From NCBI GenBank assembly GCA_040954595.2, contig CM082592.2:10440731-10504730 (forward strand): 64,000 nucleotides of DNA, read 5' to 3'. The position numbers and the translations under genes are program-made. Below, piece by piece: positions 57,318-64,000 of the stretch. The stretch is from Balanoglossus misakiensis. Lineage: Eukaryota > Animalia > Hemichordata. The notes under the pieces were generated by a model. That model saw nothing but the letters and a program-made list of their open reading frames with translations, made no database searches and was not told the DNA's origin. Numbering within the stretch: the stretch's first letter is position 1; every line of letters begins with the position of its first letter.

Positions 57318-59777
57318 ATGAAATTGCTAATAATTGGACCCCTGCAATGTGCAACCGGCAACAAAACATCCGCCGAAAGATTAAGGTAAGTCTGATAGAT
57401 CCATCATCATGCCCTGTGTGTGTACTCAGGTCCTAGTCCCCCCCCCCCCTCCCCCCTTTGGTATCAACGTAGCTATGTGGGTCGTATCACCATTATCATA
57501 TCGGTGGAGACTTTTGACACGTACCAGTATCTTTAGTAATATTGCACTTTTGTAGTTCAGCCAGCAGTTATCGATGAAATAGTACAATTGCCCTGTCAAT
57601 TTCCAAATATTACAGTTTAATACCAGCATTTGTTCGTTGCAATGCATGCTGGGGGGAAAAGGTGGAATTATCTTTTTTTTTATACTAACCACTGGAGTGA
57701 TTGGCCTCAAATGTACAAAAGATATGCAATTTAATACTTTATATTTTAAATTCCAGACTGCAAGTGGAGACAGAAGATATTTCTTGCCAACTTGAAAATT
57801 CTGGTGATTTTGAAAATGCTGATGCTCTTGAAGAACACATCAAAGGAGACAATGTAACAGCAATTGTTGCAATTCATGCATTTAGATCAGGAAGATTACT
57901 TCAAGGTAAATTTCAAAGGCTAGCTTTTAATCTTCCTTACCTCTTTCTTCATCAATGGTTTCAACCGTATCATGGAAGACAATTGACAACTAGGGTGAAA
58001 ATATCAAAGGCAGCTATTTTATTTTCTCTCTTTCTTGTTTCTTTATTGATGAATTGCACTGAAACAGCAAAAATCTAGTAACCGTGATATAAATTTATTT
58101 TCAGACTGTTCAGTTCCATATGGATTGGTTCTGGGTGGGACTGATGTCAATGAGCATTACAAAGATGATCATAAATTGAGTGTAATGACAGCAGCTGTTA
58201 ATAACTCGAGGTCAGTAATAATAACAATTTTAATGAATAAACATCACCACACATGTCTAATCATCAGTTTGTTTACATGTCAAGTGAAATTTTTTTGTCA
58301 ATTTTAATTTAGCTTCTCTAAACAATACCTCTCTGTTGAATTGCAGATTTGTAGTTGCATTTAGTAAACCAATGTACCAGCAAGCACTCAGTCTATGGGT
58401 AAGTGTACACACACACATAGGCACCTTCGAATACCCCAATTATTTTAAAGTTTCCGTTAGTTATTAAAAATACGGTGACATACATTTATGGTAATATTTG
58501 TTTTTTCAGCCCAACATAGAAGATAAATTACACCAGCAACCACAAGGTCAGATATATTGTTATTAATACTTTATACATTATTAATAAAACAGTAACATGT
58601 CTAATCTCAAGAAATATATCATTCTACTAAGTGATAATCTTATGCTGTCATTGTCATTAACAGATGGTTCATTAAATAGGATACTGATTCTGAATTGTGA
58701 TTATGTTCATTACTCAAAGTCTGTATTGTCTCAACAGTATGACGTTCCTCTTCTTTTCACCAGGTATTATCACAAAGCCATCGTTATTTGATTTCAAAGA
58801 CCACTTGCATCGTCAGTGTAACATATCTCCAGATAACCACATCTTCTTGCTGGTTGCTGGCATCAGACCAGTGAAAGATCCACTCTATGTTGTACAAGCA
58901 TTTGCAGGTTAGTCTTCGCATTCAGTTCCTTATCATGTCTTCCATACTGGTATTTGGAATAAGGCTGTTCTTGATCCAAGACTCATGATGCTATCACCAA
59001 CAATATTTTAATTTTTAACTCTCCATTACAGAATGGCATCTAAACAACAGAAGTTCACATTTTGTCATAGTTGGTCCAGAAATCGATCAACAACTAACAG
59101 AAAAGCTCAAGTCAACAGCCAAAGAGTAAGTATTGTGAAAACTATCGAAGTAGTCCTTATCTCGGCATCAACCATATTTTTCTGACTAAACTTCATCATT
59201 GCTTTATTTTACAGACTGCCAGGTGTGCATGTAATTCCAGTCTTACCACAAGCAGATGTACAGGCAGCCATCAGCCAATCATATGCTTTGGTGAATTCAT
59301 CATTGAGTGAGGGAATGTCAGGAGCCATATTGGAGGTGATCTAATCTTATGTCTTATGCGCTCTGATCATAGCGATATTGATATCTTAATCCAGTGTCTA
59401 TTACTCAAGACTCTCTTCACCACATTTCTGTATCTGACTATGGAAGTGATGTGGAGCGTCTCTCAAAGCAATGGATCTGTCTGTCTTGGACTCTGTTTAA
59501 ATAATAGCACTGTGTTTTCTTTTCTCAGGCCATGGATCTTGGTGTACCAGTCATTGCCAGAGACATTCCGGGAAACACAGCCATTGTAGAACACAATAAC
59601 ACTGGACTGGTCTACAGCACACCACAGGAGTTTATCGAACAGATACAGAAAATGATTAACTCTGAAACACTACGACAACATTTGATCAGCTGTGCAAGTG
59701 ACTATGTTAAAAGTTTCCATGACTGGCACAAAGAAAAAGACCTGTACAGAAGACTTGTTTCATTGCTCTGTGAATGA
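57318..59777 (+). CDS. GLT1D1: Glycosyltransferase 1 domain-containing protein 1 (GT-B fold), about 339 aa
   Basis: Exons 57318-57385, 57757-57905, 58105-58210, 58347-58398, 58510-58546, 58764-58907, 59032-59125, 59215-59335, 59529-59777. Motifs TGNKTSAERL, LGGTDVNE, GIRPVKDPLY and [31 protein letters not shown] match GLT1D1. Confidence 0.95.
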
Positions 59778-60022
59778 TACCTTAAGCTTGGCTCCCAGAA
59801 GACAATAAATGCACTGTATTGGGTTTTATAATCAAGATATATGCGACTTGTAAATATGCTGCAGCTGATAACCCTGCATTTTAAATGATGTAAATTTTAT
59901 AAAATGAATTTTCATGAAGTGGGTTAATAAAAAGATTTTATGTTTTAAAGATTATCTTTGTTATTGTTAATACTTACTACTTACAAATAGATTGATATAA
60001 AGTTCTGAATAAAACCACATTA

Positions 60023-62078
60023 TTATTTCTTCATGATTATTTCAACATCGTCAACATTCTCGTAAAGAGGTTCTTCACAATCTTGCCAAAATTCATTTGA
60101 AAGACATGACAGTTTAGTATCAGGAAAGACATGAATAGATGTATCTGTAAAAATGTCTGAATATGAACCACAATCACTATCCAGAGAGAATTCCTTGGTG
60201 TACGGTAATATCTGGACTATGGGTTAGGGATAGTGAACTTCAATGGATGTTGATGCAAAAACGCACACAAGTGAGAAAAAAATGTCTGGTGGCCATACAC
60301 ATACAAGTTTCCATCCTCATGGTTCGTCACATGCATATCTTATCATTAAAGGATACGCGACTGATATAGGCCACTTCTTCTGTGAATATCCTGCTGGGTA
60401 GTCTGCAAATGTACAAGGAAAGTTTCAGAAAGGTGTGAGTAGTCTCATGCACCAGTTCTAGTTTAATACAAAGCTTGATTGTATTACTTAACAAGCAACC
60501 TGTTGTTACGATAATTAACCAAGTCACACAAGAGTTCACAATAAGTGCATTCTACCTTGTTTTATAACTGTCAAAACTATTTCCAATGATGATGATGTTC
60601 TTCATTTGAGAACGTGTCCAGTTGGCCCACAGCAAATTATTGTATAGAGGCTTGCCACAATGTAACATGTAAAATAATGTTGGCTTATCCACTTTTCTTT
60701 TACCTTCCTGTAAAAATCACAAAGAAATGATGGCAACTGGGTGATCAAATTTGACCAGAAGTACTATTGAAACATATTATTAAACTTTGAACCTGGCTTG
60801 TAAGAAAATATTTGAACAAGTCACAGGTCACAAGGGGTCAAAATACAGAGGGTTAGAGGGGCAAAGACGCCATACTTTGAATACAATCAGACGCACCTCA
60901 TTTTCTTCGAGGCAAACACATCCCATTTCTTGAAGAATGTCTCTTTCTTGCAATGTACATCTTGGGTCATAACAGTAGCAACTGCCCGGTATCTGCCAGA
61001 AAAGCAAATTCCATTTTCTGATATTGAGGTTTTTGACACATTACACCAAGCATCATGCTATTGATGTTTGATTTTTCGAAAACATGTGACTTTTTAAAAT
61101 TTCTAAACCCTTCCAATTGATATTAGGCGTGGTAACTTACCTGCAATAAATCTTTCAACAAAAGAAGCATCGCACACTGGTATCTGGCAATGGGACATGA
61201 TGAGAAATTCCCAAGTCCATAGCAAACAATATCAACAATTTCAAACTTAGAATAGCTTGAACATTTGGAAACAGTCCTCTCCTCAGAAACCTTATGTTGT
61301 TCATCACAGTCAAATGTACCAATTCGATCTAAGTTACAAGCACAGTCAACTTTTGTACTTGTTTCTTTCTTTTTTTCTTGACAGGCTCGGCATGACCAGT
61401 TTCCAGCAGCACTTTCAGAAGTTGTTTCATCAGTGTCCACATTTTTGCTTGTTATCTCTATCAGAAATTCGCTTGCAGATTGCAGTGTTCCTGTAGAAAA
61501 AAAAACAGTCACTGAAAATTATTTTCTGGGGTTAAAAATGGTTATCAAGTACTGTTTGAGCTGAGATGTCTTTCACTGGGGGAGATTTGATACAAATCAT
61601 CATGAAAACAGCACTCTGGCAAATGATGCAGACATTATTATTAGCCTGACGTCTATTTCATCAATGTTTAATATGTAGCACTGCCAAGTGTTTGCAACTC
61701 ACATCAGGAAAATACGTATTTTGAACTTACTTTTGAAATCCTGATGAAATTGACTATTTTCAAACTCTGTCCTGAAAGAAAAGAAAGCTGAAAAATTCAG
61801 TAGAGGTCACTCATGCCACCGTAGAGTGACATGACATAGGGAAAACCCGGAAATGGGAAAATTCGTCTGCTACAGACTGTAGACTTCCGTGCAATACGTG
61901 CTTACCTGCATTCTGAAATTCGACGACGAAGTTTTCCAATATCTATATCATCATCAGGAAAGCTTCTACAGTCTGGTACTTCAACCTGATCTAATTTACT
62001 CTGGATACATATCTTTCCTTTACTTTTCTTCCTTTTCCGTCGGACAACTTGAAAACCATCTTCCTGTTGGGAAGCCAT
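60023..62078 (-). CDS. SRRD: SRR1 domain-containing protein, about 348 aa
   Basis: Exons 61906-62078, 61731-61771, 61141-61490, 60897-60992, 60556-60707, 60357-60402, 60023-60211. Motifs GFQVVRRK, VCYGLGNFSSCPIARYQ, YDP and ENEEGKR...TLFYMLHCGKPLYNNLLWANW...IIIGNSF. An alternative in-frame ATG lies at 62147. Confidence 0.93.
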
Positions 62079-62917
62079 TTTCAACTTTGACCTTTGACCG
62101 GAGCAGAGTGGTCTGTTTTGTAGAGGGCGCTGTCCAGAAGCAGACATGGCGTGTGCATTTCAGTGTAGACATAGGGGAAAAGTTGTCAGTATATATCTAA
62201 AATGAGTGTCTGTACTTGCAAACAAGCACTTGGTTGGGCACATTGATAAGTTCTGTATACTTGATGATTCACTAAAGGTAGAGAAATAAACAAAACTTTC
62301 ACTAAAGTACCTTTCAGCCATGTATTTATTTGTTAGCACCGTGTGAAATCTTACACAAGCCCTTATTTTTCTTCAAAGGGCATCTCGCAATGACTTCTTT
62401 ATCACAACTGATGACATTCAAGTTCTTATGCCGTGTAAAGTTAAATACAATAATGGTAATTCAAATTATGTAAACTTTTATCTAAAAGTAATGTTGGCTC
62501 ATACTAAATAATACATGTAATTTTAAAATATGAATGAATTTTTAGATGAATAAAAATAATATTGGATTGGGAATAAAAAAATAAGGTGTGATCTAGGCTG
62601 TTAAGTCAAAATAATAGCGAAAGAGATTGTGGTAAATGAGGGCAACAAGCCAAAATATAGAAAACTTTTTATAAACCATCCAGAATCCTCTACCATCCTT
62701 TTTACCAAGCATCTGTACATCTAACATTGGTTAGTTCCATAAGTATCAATTGTACATATGATGGGCAAGACAAAAGATTTTTTTCTGTAAATGTACCAAA
62801 AAACCTGTTGTCTATGACCATCAGTATAAAATACTTGTGTTCTCAGAGATCACTTGCATTGCAGTTCAAACATCAGTCATAATTTAGGTCAAAGTTCAAT
62901 ATTTTCTTGTTAGTGAA

Positions 62918-63965
62918 CTATTCGTATTCCGTGTATTTCTTGCAGGATCCATGGACTTTACTCGCTGGATATTTCTGATGATTCAAAGCAATTTTATCCA
63001 CAACCACTGCTGGAAGGTCAACGTGACATTTTTCTGCCAGTCTCACTAAATATATGAGGACATCGCTGAGTTCTTGGGACAGGTGCTTCTTGTCTTTTTC
63101 TGACCAGTCTGAAAAAAATCACCATGAATATATTTAGGCACAATCAAACTAATTGTGGTGATCCAACTTCCATTTCCATTGTGATTAATAAGCATTCATT
63201 GACTTCTCCAACCCAACATTTGAAATGTAATATTATAAGAGCTGTAACTGTTGATTATAGAATGTCGATTTTACTTACCTGGAAGACCATCTTGAACTTC
63301 TCCTCTCCACTGACTGTGAAATTAAAAACAAAAGATTATCACTATAAATTTATTCACCAAATAAGAAACCAATGACCAAATATACAACTATTCAGCACAA
63401 TGACTCAATACGTCACTTGATAGCTGATTGCATGAAACACAAGATTGTCCCAAATATCACATCATACTTACAAAAGTTCTGCAACCTCTCCAACTTCACC
63501 AACCTGAAGTGAAAATAAAAATATATCAAACATATCATCTATCCCAAAGACCTGTGAAACTCACACTATCATCCTGTAGCTACATACTAGTATATTACGT
63601 AACCAAGGTAACAGGCAGGTCACATTATTATGCAAATCACTTACTAAAGCCAAAAGTAAATTCCTGGGTGTGTGGAACTTGCCAAAATCTCTTTCCCTGG
63701 CAAAATTGTTCTGCATCTGTCGTCTAAGGAACAGACAAGAATAAAACGAATAAATTAAGACGCTGAACTGCTTGAGAAATCGAGATAAAATGGTTTGAAA
63801 CGTAATGATATGTACAACAGTATGTTGGCCTCACATTTGATCAAGAGTTGGTTCGCTGCTAAACTGAAATTCCCTTGTTGACGGTTCAGCTTCCTCCACA
63901 CGTCGATCTCTCCTACATTTCTTTGCCTCTGGAACATCTGGTGAGGTAGCATTGGTTGTCATCAT
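62918..63965 (-). CDS. DCTPP1: dCTP pyrophosphatase 1 (MazG-like all-alpha NTP pyrophosphatase), about 155 aa
   Basis: Missed by the ORF track. Exons 63835-63965, 63645-63723, 63472-63503, 63279-63313 and 62918-63108 give FQFSSEPTLDQIRQMQNNFARERDFGKFHTPRNLLLALVGEVGEVAELFQWRGEV...QELSDVLIYLVRLAEKCHVDLP...KKYTEYE*. Confidence 0.95.
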
Positions 63966-64000
63966 GATGCGTGGTAATGTTAATACAGCAGAAAATGGTG

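Noticed and set aside
63755-63952. 65-aa ORF from the ORF track
   Set aside because: Wrong frame; the DCTPP1 first exon is read in another frame.

Overview
Eukaryotic, AT-rich, intron-containing DNA. The gene content and frequent TACATGTA motifs suggest a marine invertebrate deuterostome such as a hemichordate (inference). Five spliced protein-coding genes were reconstructed by hand from GT-AG junctions. (1) 1-20199 (-): a giant secreted mosaic protein of about 55 exons that runs off the window start. From the N-terminus it has a signal peptide, a vitellogenin/MTP-type lipid-transfer (LLT) module, a furin site, apolipoprotein-like amphipathic helices, a degenerate LECT2/M23-peptidase-like domain, a second furin site, a SAP-like motif, a Cys-rich domain, an amphipathic beta region, and about a dozen FN3-like 'DPESGI' repeats, one with a PAN/apple domain inserted. 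(2) CaMKK, 22434-44239 (-), with a probable 5' exon at 55391-55440. (3) GLT1D1, 57318-59777 (+). (4) SRRD, 60023-62078 (-). (5) DCTPP1, 62918-63965 (-). The CaMKK introns hold small TTAA-type MITEs, palindromes, RFX X-box-like and CTCF-like motifs. The giant lipoprotein-like polyprotein is the best candidate for an undescribed system. All domain calls come from motif recognition by eye, not from database searches.
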